In this document: positions 1 through 14,082 of the stretch, in pieces
How the letters are laid out: each line of letters begins with the position of its first letter
Position numbering within the stretch: the first letter of the stretch is position 1
Made by a program: the position numbers and the translations under genes
Assembly: GCF_009914755.1 (NCBI RefSeq)
Contig: NC_060928.1
Length of the DNA: 64,000 nt
Reading direction: 5' to 3' (one strand)
Source of the DNA: the human T2T-CHM13v2.0 reference genome, Homo sapiens
Notes under the pieces: generated by a model
Told to the model about the DNA's origin: nothing
Seen by the model: the letters and a program-made list of their open reading frames with translations, nothing else
The model's database searches: none

Positions 1-59
1 TAGATGACTCTAACTGCAATTACAAACTGCTACAGCAATATTAGCAAGGACTTGGAGTT

Positions 60-172
60 CAGTGGAGGCATTCAGAGCTGGAATGTTTGGATTCACAACA
101 CTACTCTATCACCTATTACTTGTGTAAATTATGGCCATGGCTTCTGTGCCTTAGTATGCCTGTGTAAAATAG
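60..172 (+). mobile_element. MIR SINE fragment
   Basis: Degenerate MIR core (ttctgtgccttagtatgcc...tgtaaaatag), ending at the Tigger1 insertion site. Confidence 0.55.
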
Positions 173-175
173 TTA

Positions 176-2562
176 GAAGCATGCCTTGGAGATATTGAGG
201 ATTTGGTACCAGATCACCACAGAAAGCTAAATATTGCAATAAAGTGAGTCACACACATTTTTTGGTTTCCCAGTACGTATAAAAATAATGTTGACACTAT
301 ATTGTTGTTTGTGTGCAATAGCATATGCCTAAAGAAAAACAAGGTATATACTTTAATTAAAATTGTTGCTAAAAATGCTAATGATTACCTGAGCCTTCAG
401 TGAGTCATAATCTTTTGGCTGGTGGATGGTCTTGCCTCTATTTTAATGACTGCTGACTAATCAGGGTGGTGGTTGCTGAAGGCTGAGGTGACTGGGACAA
501 TTTCTTAAAATAAGACAATGATAATTTTTGCCACATTGATTGTGTCTTTCTTTCATGAAAGGTTTCTCTTAGCATGTGACGTTTGACAGCATCTTATTCA
601 CAGCAGAACTTCTTTAAAAGCCAGAGACCATCCTCTCAAATCCTACTACTGCTTTATCAACTAAGTTGATAAAATATTCTAAGTCTTTGTTTTCATTTAA
701 ACAATTTTCACATCTTCACCAGAGGTAGATTCTATTTCAACAAACCACTTTTTTTGCTCAGCCATAAAAGCAACTCTCATCCATTCGTGTTTTATCATGA
801 GATTGCAGCAATTCAGTCACATCTTCAGGGTCCACTTCTAATTCTAGTTCCCCTGCTATTTCCATGACATTTGCAATTATTAAGTCCACTAACTCTTAAA
901 CCCCTCAAAGTCATCTACAAGTGTTGAAATCAAACACCATTAATGTTGTATTTTGTAATAATGTTGTAATGTTTTAAATTCCCATTTTTGTTGGTATTTT
1001 GACCTCCTCCCATAATTCACAAATGTTCTTAATTACATTTAGAATGATGACTTTTTTCCAGAAGGTTTTTAATTGACTTTGCCCAGATCCATCAAAGGAA
1101 TCACTATCTATGGCAGCTATAGCCTTGCAAAGTGTATTTATTAAATAATAAGACCTAAAAGTAAAAATTACTCCTCATTCCATGGACTGAAGAATTGATG
1201 TTGTGTTAGCAGGCATAAAAGCAACATTAATCTCCTTGTACATTTTCATCAGAGCTATTTGGTGACTAGGAACCTACCTGGTCAATGGGCTGTAATAGTT
1301 TGAAATAAATCTTTCTCTGAGCAGTGGGCTTAAAATATTTAGTAAAGCACTCTATAAACAGATGTGCTGTCACCCAGGCTTTGTTGTTCCATTCATAGAG
1401 TACAGGAAGAGTAGATTTAGCATAATCTTAAGGGCCTTAGGATTTTCAGAATAGTAAATTAGCCTTGGCTTCAATTTAAAGTCACCAGCTGCATTAGCTC
1501 CTAACAAGAGAGTCAGCATGTCTTTGAAACTTTTAAGGTCAACACTGACTTTTCTTCTCTAGCTATGAAAGTCTTAGATGACATCTTCTTCCAATACAAG
1601 GCTGTTTCATCTACATTGGAAATATGTGTGTATTATAGTCACCTTCATCAATTACTTTAGCCAGACCTTCTAGATCAGTTGCTGCAGCTTCTACATCAGC
1701 AGTTTATACTTCACCTTGCACTTCTATGCTCTAGAGACAGCTTCTTCCCTTAAACTTCATGAACTAATCTCTGCTACCTTCCAACTTTTCTTCTGCAGCT
1801 TTCCCACCTCTCTCAGCCTTCATAGAACTGAAGAAAGTTAGGGACTTGCTCTGGATTAGAGAATGCCATGACCAGTTTGATTTTGTAACCAGACCACTTT
1901 AACTCTCCAACTCAGCAAGAAGGCTGTTTCACTTTATCATTTGTGTGTTCACTGAGAGTAGCACTTCTAATTTTCTTTAAGAACTTTTCCTTTGCATTTC
2001 CAACTTGGCTAACTGTTCTGCACAAGAGCCCTAGATTTTGGCCTATCTCAGCTTCTAACATGCCTTCCTCACTAAGATTTAACATTTCTAGCTTTCATTT
2101 TAAAGCAAAAGAGATATTACTTGTCCTTTCATTAAACATACAGACACCATTAATTATATGGTTATTAACTGGCCTAATTCCAATATTGTTGTGTCTCAGT
2201 GAATAGGGAGGCCTGAGGGGAGGGAGACAGGAAAATGGTCAATTGATGGAGCAGTCAGAACACATACAACATGTATCAACAGAGTGACACCCAAAACAAT
2301 TCAATAGTAACATCAAAGAACACTAATCGCAAATGACCACAACAGGTAAAATAATAATGTAGAAGTTTGGAACATTGTGAAAATTAGCAAAATGTGACAG
2401 AGACATGAAGACATGAAGTGAGCACATGCTGTTGGAAAGATGATGCCCATAGACTTGCAGGATGCAGGGTGGCCACAAACCTTCAACTTGTGAAAAAAAA
2501 AAAAAAAAGCAATATCTGCAAAAGTACAATATAATGAAATACAATAAAACAAGGTATGCCTA
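176..2562 (-). mobile_element. Near full-length Tigger1 DNA transposon (TcMar-Tigger), decayed
   Basis: Both ends match recalled Tigger1 termini (gaagcatgccttggagatattg... and ...caataaaacaaggtatgccta). TA flanks at 174-175 and 2563-2564. Length ~2.4 kb. No intact transposase ORF in the ORF track. Confidence 0.9.
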
Positions 2563-2676
2563 TATTTTGCAACTGGAATAAGACACCTCTATATTTATCT
2601 CCAGGGACGGCTGAAAGTCTGGAACTGACTTTCAGTCAAGATAAGAAAAGGGGATGTTACAATTAATAATTTATAA

Positions 2677-3055
2677 TGTGCTATTTAAAGTTCAAAATTT
2701 CCCCAAAAGCAGAAACTGGTAAAATTGGCTTATACCTCATATTAGCAGTGAAGCAGTCTTAATTGAATAAGTGATTAGGAACATAAAAGATCCCCCTGGA
2801 AACTTCTAGGGACATCTCCCAAAACCGAATTTATCGCACAGATATTGGCGTTGCAATTTGGAGGTGACGCGTGTCCTGTGGAAGTGACAGAGACCTTGAG
2901 AAGCTGGGCCTATAAACATCGCCAGGACCTTCACACTTTTCCACATTCTTCCACCGCTCTGTTCTTGCCATTCTTACAACCTTCTATGTGTATGTTCTGG
3001 GCAGTGCTGTGAATCTTGTCAACTGTTAGACTTGTGAACTGTTGTAATCTGTGCA
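2677..3055 (+). mobile_element. 5' LTR of an ERVL-class provirus
   Basis: Ends ...gtaatctgtgCA and is followed by TGG at 3058 (PBS-like). Shares ordered blocks with 6781-7120, e.g. ggaacataaaagatccccctggaa vs ggacataaaagattccaccagaa and tggaggtgacgcgtgtcctgtg vs tggagatgaagcacgttctgtg. Start is approximate. Confidence 0.7.
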
Positions 3056-6000
3056 GTTGGCACCATCTACTCTATAATTTTAAGTAATGATGAAGTTTCT
3101 GTTTGGGAGAATTAAGAATGAGAAAGGGGCCAGGCATGGTGGCTCATGCTTATAATACCAGCATTCTCGGAGGCTGAGGTGGGCAGACTGCTTGAGCCCA
3201 GGAGTTCAAGACCAGTGTGGGCTGCATGGTGAAAACCCATCTCTAATAAAAGCACAAAAATTAGCAAGGTATAGTGGCATGTGCCTGTAGTCTCAGCTAT
3301 TCAGGAGGCCCAAAAGGGAGGATTGCTTGAGCCCAGGAGGCAGGGACGGCAGTGGGCCAAGATCACGCTACTGTACTTTAGCCTGGGTGACAGAGAAAGA
3401 CCAGGTCTCAAAAAATAAAAGTGGAAATAAAAGAATGAGAAAGGGTGGGGAAGCCAGGAACTACTGTTGCAGGATGACTTTCTGCCCATCTCTGATGTGG
3501 AGTATCACAAATATTGCAACCGTTGCTGAGAAGAAATTCCTGTCAGTGGATGCTGGAGAGGAAAATTCCTGGCTTGGAAATTAGGGAGCTAAATGGATTA
3601 CAAAAAAGAAATTTCAAAAGGAGAAGCCAACCAAGAATACCCTGCTTTTTTCTAGAGAAAATGATAATAATAGGAAAGCAGTCGATGGCTTCCATGACCA
3701 CAGATGTACAGCATGTGATCCTGACTGTAATGCCCAAAGGCAGTGGGGAAGATAGCTGTTTCAACCAAAATATCCCCTCAGCAGAGACGAGCATCACAAC
3801 ACATTTACACAGGTCACATGGGGGTGCGAATTCAAAGACCGCAGAAATGCAAGGGTAGTTAGTTAAACGGTTAAGCCACTTGGGAGTTGATCGCCAACTC
3901 ACTTCTGAACCTCTACTGAAATCAGTGTTGTGCATGAGAAGTCAGAGAACTCTATTGGATACTGTCAAATGAACAGGCATGTTAGTGCTTACTCAGCACC
4001 CTCACTTATTGTAGCTTTTGTGGAAACATGGATAGAAGGAGTAAACTCCAAATCCATTAAGCTGTATAAAATCAAAGGTAAATAACATAAATCTTGAAAA
4101 GGAAAATTCCCCAAATTCACCCTTAGGTTTTAAATGGAATATTTCTGAGGCTGCTGAATTGTTGAGAACATAAGTAACTTTTATTAGTTGCAGTAATTCT
4201 AAAAAATTTCCTAACTCTACAGGTTTGGTCAAGATATGATAGATGCTATAAGAAGCTACAACTGCTTGGACTCCTTATTTGACTTCATTATTGCGGAGAT
4301 AAGATGGGATGAGTGAAACTATGGAAGGACTCCTTGTCCAAGTACTGCAAATAAGGGTTAATGATGGAAAAATGATTAGGGTTAATAAAAAGAAAAGGAA
4401 ATATGGATAAAAGGGGTAAAAAAAAGTCCTGAGAAAATTTAAACTGAATACTAGTGTTCAGAAGGTTGATTAAAAATAACATTAATAAGGAAAAGACAGA
4501 TGTTATAAACACTAAAATTGTCATGAATTGCTATGTAAAGATTAGGTGGTCTGGCTGCTCCATCAATTTTTCAACCTATAAAGGAATTGTGACAGTTTTG
4601 CTCAATTTATTTTAGTCTCAATAAATTTTTAAGAATCTGATTATTGTACAAAAGAAATTCATAATCCCCTGAGTGTCAATGCCCATGAAAATTGTATGGG
4701 GAAAAAGAGAAGATTCTGACTCTGGATGACAGGAGGGCCAGAGCCCCCTGACTCAACACCCCAGCCAGGGATCCAAGGCTGTTTCCATGGGTGTGAGTAA
4801 AATGGCCCGAGGGTGGTGAAGGAAATTTAGTTGGCTTTCTGGACACCGGTGTCCAATATAACATCATACAAAGCCCGTTAAGGAAAAGTTAACAGGCAAT
4901 AGAATTGAGTTAGGGAGATACGGTGAGCAACTCCAAGGAACAGCAGACAAAAGTATGGCTAAAATATAGGCATTTATTAACAAAAGTTATGTAAGGTTGT
5001 TGCCTCACTCTGCCAGAATGTGTGGTTAGAATGGATCTAATGTCTGAATGCAGGACTCTTATCTTACCCAGGTTATTAGGAAAAAGGTTGTCTTGCAAAT
5101 CTGTTTTTAATCCTTTTTTACTGGAGCATAGTAGATGGGAAATTTCAAAATTATCTAAGCCCATTCAAGTGGCCAATTTAAAGCAATTAGAATAGACTAG
5201 GTTTGGATACCTGAGGCACATAAAGAAATTTTGTTTTCAATTAAAAATGTTTTAGATGTAGGTATATTAATAGCCACAATTTCCTTGTTTAACAGCCTGT
5301 GGAAGAAATGATGAAACCCAGAGATTCACTATAGAGTACAGAAATAATAAATAATAACCCTCATGCCATGAGTAGTGCACAGTATCGTATTAACTATTCA
5401 AGCGGAACAACAAACTAAGGGACACTATTATTCTGTGACCAAATTGACTAATGCTTTCTTTTCCATTTCTACTTATGAAGAAATTTAAAGCCAATTTGCA
5501 TTCGTGTGAGATGGATGGAAAAATACACATTTACCATGCTCTCGCAAAGATATTTAAATTCTCCTGCTTATTGCTGTACCTGATGAGATGAAACAGATTT
5601 GAATCAATTGGAGAGTGCTGCTATTTGTGATAGTAATGATATATTGTTTATGTATCAATCTCAACGCTAAGCTAAAATTGCATTATAAACGCTTGTTAAT
5701 CATATGATTCCAGAAGATGGCTGATTAACTATCATACAATACATATCTCAGAAAAATGGTGAAATTCCTTGATATCTCTTGAACAGAGGAGACTAGGGCA
5801 TCCCTCATAAAACAAAAAATAAATGATTTTCTCTGTGAACTCCAAAATCAAAGCAAGCAATATAAAGTTTGATTAGGTTCTTTGGTTTCTAGAGAATTCA
5901 CATACAACATCTGAGAAATGTTATCAACTGCTATTCACAAAATTACCAAGAAAAAAATAACCTGAATTTGAGCAACAGCACTTCTTTTATTTTTTTTACA

Positions 6001-6780
6001 GTTTCAAAGAAACTTAGCACAATCAGGTCTTTGTGACCTTACTAAGCACATGGTAACTTCATTACCTCCATGTTCCAATGATTTTGGAAATGTCCAGTCA
6101 AAGCAGCCGTGCTGACTGAAGCACTTGGCAAAAGCCCTTGACTGACACCCAGTGGTCATTGCTGGTATTTGGGACTAGAAAGTAGCCTATTTCAACTTCA
6201 AGGTAAGCATCGCTTGAAAACTATCATTGGCTTGTTATTGTAATAGGGGCTTTAATTGAAATCGTTTTTATTACAATAGGATATAAATTTATTTTGAGAT
6301 ATGAGATACCTATGGTTGTGGGTTATGTCATACCATCATTCCTACATGGAAGCAAATGAAGGAAATAATTTCCTCATCAAATGAACATGTACATTAAGTC
6401 TCCCTGTGGAATTGTGTAAGGACATAACTTGTCCCTATGACAAGTTTCCAAGGGTGCCAAAGGGTGTCAAACAAGTAACTGAAGTTTAGATGGTTCCCAA
6501 GGGTGGAAGACCAACACAATAAAAATTCAGTCTAGAAAGCAACCCCATTGTTGAAGTGTTAGTGACCTTACTTTAGGTGAAGAGGTAAAAAGATAAATCT
6601 GCTTAATAGGCAGAAATGAGTCATGTTTCTTCTGGCACCAGAGGAACTGGATAATAACAAAAATGACTCTTGCCAATTCTTTGGTAAAAACCAATAGAGT
6701 TGGCATATGGCCTGAGATAATGGGAAAATAAAGGAACCCCGTAATCTGAAATTTGATATGGAATTGGAGGTGGGCATCAA
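3056..6780 (+). mobile_element. ERVL-class internal region, decayed gag-pro-pol with internal deletion
   Basis: Protease motif GNLVGFLDTGVQY at 4821-4859. RT motifs GHYYSVTKLTNAFFSI (5420-5467), QFAFV*DG and, after a frameshift, KYTFTMLSQRYLNSPAYC; these resemble ERVL DLANAFFSIP...QFAF.W.G.QYTFTVLPQGYINSPALC. Purine-rich ggaggtggg precedes the 3' LTR. Confidence 0.8.
3128..3430 (+). mobile_element. Alu (AluJ-like) inserted in the ERVL
   Basis: Full dimer with TSD AAGAATGAGAAAGG at 3114-3127 and 3431-3444. Confidence 0.93.
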
Positions 6781-7120
6781 AGTGCATCACTCACAAAGTA
6801 AACCCCAAATACCTCCCAAAATAACACAGGTAACTCCTATTACTGATTACTCACCTTGGCTTAGCTACATAACTACAGGACATAAAAGATTCCACCAGAA
6901 TGCTTTTAAGAAGTTTTCCCAAAACAAGGCTCACTGCACAAACGGAAGCCCGAACTGGAGATGAAGCACGTTCTGTGCATATAAGAAGGACTTTGATAAG
7001 CAGGTCCCTAATATTTGCCTCAACCCTTTCTCCTACTCAACTGTGTTCTTCACCTTTACTGAAAGCCTTATACAAGGATGCTCTTTGAAGTCTTGTGAGT
7101 CCTTTCAATTATCGAAGTCT
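6781..7120 (+). mobile_element. 3' LTR of the ERVL-class provirus
   Basis: Collinear similarity to 2677-3055. Boundaries approximate. Confidence 0.65.
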
Positions 7121-7124
7121 GATT

Positions 7125-7245
7125 TTCAATCTATGGAATCTCCATCTGTATTATGAAATAATAACAATGCCTACTTTGTAGGGTTGTTTCAAGGAATGAA
7201 TTAAACCATTTAAAGTGCTTAGAACAGAACTGGCACATTCATTGC
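7125..7245 (+). mobile_element. MIR fragment
   Basis: catctgtattatgaaataataacaatgcctact...aaagtgcttagaacagaactggcaca resembles the MIR 3' half. Confidence 0.7.
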
Positions 7246-8593
7246 TTTAAAATCTTATTTTATGTCAATGGAACAATAGCTTCATCACAGTAATTTATGT
7301 ATAATCTTTCATGGTAAATGACAATACACACTGTATAGATAAATTATAATACATTTAAATTACTTATGAAATCCTGTATTTCCATAAAAACCTATTTTTT
7401 ATTTCAATGGATAAGACTATTATATGTATACACTGAAAACAAAATATTCTCATATTATAATACAAACTTTATTTAGTGATTCCAACAAAAGAACAATCAG
7501 GTTTAAATCTCTACTTATTGCCACATTTGTTCCGTAAGAATTGAGTTTTCCCTACTACAGGTTAATCATGTTGATGATAAATAAGATGTACAATATGTAG
7601 TTTATTTCAAAACAAAAGTATTTATAAGTCAAAAGGTAAATATGATTCAGAAACACTTGTTACTATTTTAATATACTTTGCTTTTAATTGTAATATTACC
7701 TATTAAAATATTCAGATGAGACCAATTTAGCAGCACCTTATTTTTTCTTTAGTGATAATGATCCTCTGACTACTAATCTCTGTGTGGATATATGAAAATT
7801 ATTATTCCAAGGATGTGAAATTTGTTTCAAATTAATGCACATGACTAATATGCTAGAATTTAATTTTCAAAGTGATGAAAATGTTTATAGTAAGTTACTT
7901 TTTCTTTGACTTTTAATTAAATTTCTTCTACAAGGATTAGGACATATAATTTTAAAAATAATTAAAATTTAATTATTTTTATTCATGACTTCTATTGCTA
8001 CAAATTGGAAAGGGTCAGTGCAAATTTCCAACTAGAATGAATCTTAAATGGACTTTAGAACATCAGAATATGTCCAAAGTACAGAAATGAAGATAATTTT
8101 TTAAATCATATTTTGTTCATTTACCTAAAACATGGATATCTAGAGTACATTGTATGTAGATATTCAATCCTGAAAAATTGCTTTACATTTCAACATCAAT
8201 TCTCTTTGACAAGCCATAAAAAGTGGTGACATTTTGAGAGGGATACATGGTATCTACACTAAAAATTTATTGTTCTAAATGATGTGCAATATAATTCAAG
8301 AAAGACAGTTTTTGCTATTTTGCTTTACAAAGATTCATGAAGTATACAGAGAAGGAGGTTACAGATATTGCTAGCTAGAATGATCAATGATAACATTTTT
8401 AAAGTTATAGAAAAAGAAATTCAAAGAAAAGAGAATCTGGTGACAAATAACATTGGTTCTTAAGCTAATAGATGTTCTGTATACACATCAGAGGTTAAGA
8501 GACCTGCCACAGAGGATGGTCACCAGGGAAAGTATAATGGCCCCAACAACATAGATGATAGCCTTGCCCTCAGCTCCAGATTCTTAAAAATAA

Positions 8594-9590
8594 AATTCAT
8601 TCATTCAAAAAATACTTGTTGGATGCTGTTTTAGATGTTTTATACACTATTTTATGTATTGTCATTATGGTAGTGAAGAAGACCAAGACATTTTCTATCT
8701 CCATAGAGTTTGTTCTAATGTTAGAGAGGCATTTTTAAATAACATATTTTTAAAAATATAACATATATATATATAATTTTCATTAGTGAAAATATGAACC
8801 AAAAAACAGAATAATATAAAGCTAGTAATGTAAGTGGTATTTACAATAAAGGTGACTAAGAAGATACAATCAATCTAGTCAAAGTAAAACCAAGGGAATG
8901 TAAGTTCCAGAAGAATGTGTATCATGAAGGAGAGACAATTATGTCAAGATGAGAACAGAGAATAATCCACTAGACTTGCAAAGATGACCATTATTTATGA
9001 CAACAGCAGTTTCAGTGTTGCGTGGGAATACTTGATTGACGTGGGATAAAGAAAGAATAGACAAGTGGAGAGAGTTGGTATAGAAAACTGTCTGAAGAAG
9101 CTTTCCCTGTGAAAAGAACAGAAAAACAAAAATGAAGTTGCAGCAGGTGGAGAATAAAAGCCAAGGGAATTTTTCCATTTGGTTGCCTGCTTGCTTTTTA
9201 AAATTACAGTTGCTGTAACATAATTTTGGGTTGTTGGAAATAATAAAAGAATAAAATGATGATGTATAAAAATGAGATAATTTCAGGAATGAAATTCTTG
9301 GATAAGTGAGAAGAATTCATATAGTCAGCTGGTAGGAAAAGGAGACTAAGTTAGAAGCAATGTGCACTGTGAAAGGGGAAGATGGGAGAAAACACAAAAG
9401 TACAAATACACATAGTAGAAGAATGAAAAATCTCCTATTTGCATTAATGGATGTATCCTCAATAAAACAACAAGGGAGGGATCAGCTGAAAATTAGTAGG
9501 GTGAAAGAGTATAGGGGTTGGAAGGTTGATAAAAATAAAAATGTGAAATAGATCTTCAAGAGAGTGACACAGCCAACAAGGATTTTCAGA
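8594..9590 (-). mobile_element. L2 LINE fragments
   Basis: attcattcattcaaaaaatact (L2 3' end, reversed) and gtcaagatgagaacagag...gacaacagcagtttcagtg. Confidence 0.6.
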
Positions 9591-10076
9591 AAGAACTGGT
9601 TATCACATACTTGATATTTGCTGTCACATATTAAAATTGTAGCCAATCAATATAATGTTTTTACTGTGAGTGTATTTCTTATATTTATTGTGACTTGACC
9701 ATATACCTTTCCCTCCTCACACATAAGTTTTAAGTATATATTTTAGATTTATATAAACATAACAGAAATGTGAATTTTATAATAAACTATTCACTTAACA
9801 GGAATTACTAATGTAATTTGTAAGACCTGCACTTTTACTGGCCTAATAGTTACTCACTTTGATTGTTGTTAATACTCACAGAGCAAACAAGCCTGCATTC
9901 TAAGAAGAACACCTCAACTTATGTATAGGTGTAGGACAAAATGTCCTTTACGGCATTCTGAAACATAATGCCTAATATTTTGGAGTACCAGATTCATTGA
10001 ATTAGGATGAATTATTCTCTCTCATAGATGTTGATGTGCTGCTCTAATTCTGTCATCAAAATCATAAACTTAATTG

Positions 10077-10496
10077 TAGTTGACCCTTGAACAGTGTAGG
10101 TTTGAACTACATGGGCCTGCTTATATGCAGATTTTCTTCAGCCTCTGACACTCCTGAGACAGCAACACCAGCCACTCCCTACTGAACATGAAGACCGTGA
10201 GGATGAAGAACTTTATGATGATCCACTTCCACTTAATGAATGGTGACTATATTTTCTTTTCCTTATGAGTTTCTTAATAACTTTTTTCTAACTCATGTTA
10301 CTACTATAAGAATACAGTGTATATAATACATATAAAATACAAAATATGTGTTAATTGGTTATTTATGTTATTGGTAAGGTTTCCAGTTAACAGTAGACTA
10401 TTAGTTAAGTTTTGGGGGAGTCAAAAATTGTATGTAAATTTTGTACTGTTCATAGGGTCAGCACCCCTAACACCTGCACAGTTTAAGGGCCAACTC
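10077..10496 (+). mobile_element. Tigger2a/MER28-type non-autonomous DNA transposon
   Basis: TIRs tagttgacccttgaac / gtttaagggccaactc, and internal gaggatgaagaactttatgatgatccacttccacttaatgaa. Confidence 0.8.
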
Positions 10497-11857
10497 TATT
10501 TTCAAACATGATATGAAATTACTAGTATATCTATATAAATATTTCTAAAACGTCTGCGCTTCTTTCCACTTGTCCTTTTCAAAGGACTTCAAGGTAATTA
10601 AGAAAATTAAACATTAATACATTATTATATAGGTTTTGTTACTAGGTGACAGAAACAGTTTGACCAATAGGTTTCCCGTTTATAGGGTTGTTTTTCTCTG
10701 TTTCTGTCAATTTTTAATTCTGATGACAAGGTGTATCTAGGAAAAGGATAACAACACAATAGTAATTGAGAAGTCTTCTCTTTTGATGTATTTATTAAAA
10801 ATTGAGATGATAAATGAATAACATATCCTTCTGCACCAAATTTATGTTGGTGATAAATTATAATGTTAGTATCACTCAGGACTTCAAAGAACTGAGTCAG
10901 ATTTCTGTAATGAAATTTCTTCTCTTCCCATCGAAATACATATTTTAATATGCTTCTCAAGAACATGTACCTATTAAAGAAGTAAAACCAGAATGTATGC
11001 TGTAGTTTTCTCTAACTTTAGCCATCCATGGACACATGTACTCATTGAAAAAATACTTTAGCCATCTCATTGTATTATAATATATCTGGAAATATTATGG
11101 GGTTTTTTTGGCAAATTATCCACAATTAATCTAAGGGAATCTCCATCAAGAAAAAAAAAATAACACTAAGAGGCTTATGTTTACAGATTTTTTAAAAATT
11201 ATATCACAATGTATTAAGGAAAGACTTTCAGTAATGGTATTTAAGTAAAGTTGTCATGTAAGCCCTCCCACAGACAGAAACTAGATAAAACTTAAAATTC
11301 AACTACATAAAAGCACTTAGAAATTGTCCAAAATCAGACAGAAGCAGTAGCAAATGTTATTCCCTGCCCTCCCCCCACGGAAAAAAAAAAAAAAGCCAAC
11401 TCCCGAAAGAGTAAGGAACATGAGTTTGATGCTTTGAGACCTGACTGCATGACTTTTGAATTAAAGACCCTCTCAACCCACAGCCAAAGTGATGTAAACG
11501 AGCAGTAGAAAACCATTGCCTTACATGGTAAGAGTACCAGCAACGAGAGTTTAAGGTTGAAAGACCAGTTAGAAACTTAGAGGTAAAATACTGGCAGCAA
11601 GAGGACTGAAAAAGAAAGGAGAACAGCATCCTAGCCTTTTACGAATCTTAGGGGAAAGCATTCAGTTTCTCATCACTATGTATACTATTAGCTATTGGTC
11701 ATTAACAGATGTTCTGTTTCATCTGAGGAAGTTTCTAACCACATCATTGACTGATACAAAGTACATTTGTACAAAGAAGTCCTGAAATGTAGGGGTAGCA
11801 AGTAATAAAAAGGCAGGTAGAAATCAGAGAGAAATCTATTCTTGAAAATTTTGTGAC

Positions 11858-12321
<464 letters not shown>

Positions 12322-13645
12322 AAAAAAAAAAAAAAAAAAGTGACTTTTATGGGTCACTGAGTGCACTCTGACCATGCACAGTTTGAGTGGCAAAAGAAGA
12401 AGTCTTATTAGCTTAAAGTGTGAGAAGAGAGCTTAAGGCCAGAATAGTAGTAGAAAATTACATGTGAATTTCTAGAAACAAGTAGGCCACAGGCATGGAA
12501 GGACCACATATCTAAATATAATCTCTGGCCCAAAATTTGGCTAACAATGAATCCAGGCAAATGGAAACACCCCCTACAAGAAACAACATAAGAAAAGCAG
12601 TAGCTGGAAGTTGTTAAGACCAGAGCAGAAAATTCAGCTGTTGCATAACATAGGGAAGACACATTTTCTGTCTGAGTCTAGGCAACTTGACTACCTATTA
12701 TAACAAAATCAAGCAATCCTCAGAAGAATGCAAGAGTATCCAGAGTTCATTACCTGTGGTTGGCTTTAAAACAAAAATTACTAGACATTCCAAGAAACAG
12801 CAAAGTGTGGCACATATCCAGGAAAAAAGATAGTTCATTGAAACCGGTTCTAAGTGGGTCCCCCTTTAAATTTACAAGAAAAGTCTTCAAAGTCCATATT
12901 AAAAACATTTGAACATAAAATCAAAGAGAAATTTGGACAACTATAGAAATCGAATCCATAATTTATAAAATAAACCTTTTCACATAGAAATCTGGATAAG
13001 ATTGGCTTCACTGGTAAAATCTACCAAATATTTTAAAAAGAAAAATATCAATATTATGCAAATATTTTTAAAAACGGAGGAAAATTAAATACTTTTCAAC
13101 TTGTTTTCAGAGGCCAGCGTTGCTCTGATAAAAAAGCTAGACAAAGTCATTATGAAATTTTAAAAAGTGCTATCAACGAATATCCCTTGTATTATATGCA
13201 AATTTTTAAAAAATAATTTAGCAAATCAAAGTTAACAATATATAAAAAATGTAATGCAGAATGACCAAGTGAAGTTTTTCCCTGAAATATAGGTTAATTT
13301 AACATTCAAAATAGATTACTATAACTCACCACATTAATAGAATTAACAAAAATTGATCATCTCAGTTTCAGAAAAAGGAATTTTTAAATCCACTAAACTA
13401 TGAATAAAAGGAAACTTCTCAGATGTCCTAAAAAAGGACATCTATTACAAAGCCATAATTAATAACATACATAGTGATAAAAAATGAAATGCTTCCTCCT
13501 AAGAGTCATAAAAGGCTATATTGCCTCTACCATGTATTCAATATTATACTGGAATTCATATTTAATAAAATAAGAAAAATGAATTTTTTAAAAAGTTCAG
13601 ATTGGAGAGAAAGAAGTAAAACTATCTTTTAAAAAAATTGACCTG

Positions 13646-14082
13646 GTCTTTGTCTGTTTGTGTTGCTATAACAAAATACAACAGAATGGGTAATTTACAA
13701 ACAATAGAAATGTATTTTTCACAGCTCAGGAGGGTGGGAAAACCATGATCAAGGCACTGACAGGTTTGGTGTCTGAGAAGGGACTAATCTCTCCGCTTCC
13801 AAGATGGTGCTTTGTTGTTGCGTTCTCTGGAGAGAATGAATAGTGTGTCCTCACATGGTGGAAGGGCAGGAAAGAAAAAAAAAAGAAAAAAAGAAAGAAA
13901 GAAAAATTTAAGAAAAGGTTGAGCTCTGTGTGAAGCCTCTTTAATAAGGTGCCTTAAGCCCATTGGCAAGGAAGGATTCCTTATGACATAATCATCTTCA
14001 AGGCTCCACCTCTTCAAACAATTGTATTGGAGGTTAAGTTTCAACATGAATTTTGAGTGGGTTGCAGACATTTAAACAATAA
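13646..14082 (-). mobile_element. MaLR LTR (MST/MLT1A-type)
   Basis: tgttgctataacaaaatac...gggtaatttac...gatcaaggcac...ttcaacatgaattttg. Confidence 0.8.

Noticed and set aside
3514-3935. Overlapping 114 aa and 130 aa ORFs as novel genes
   Set aside because: They lie in the decayed ERVL leader/gag region, with no exon structure or recognisable intact domain.
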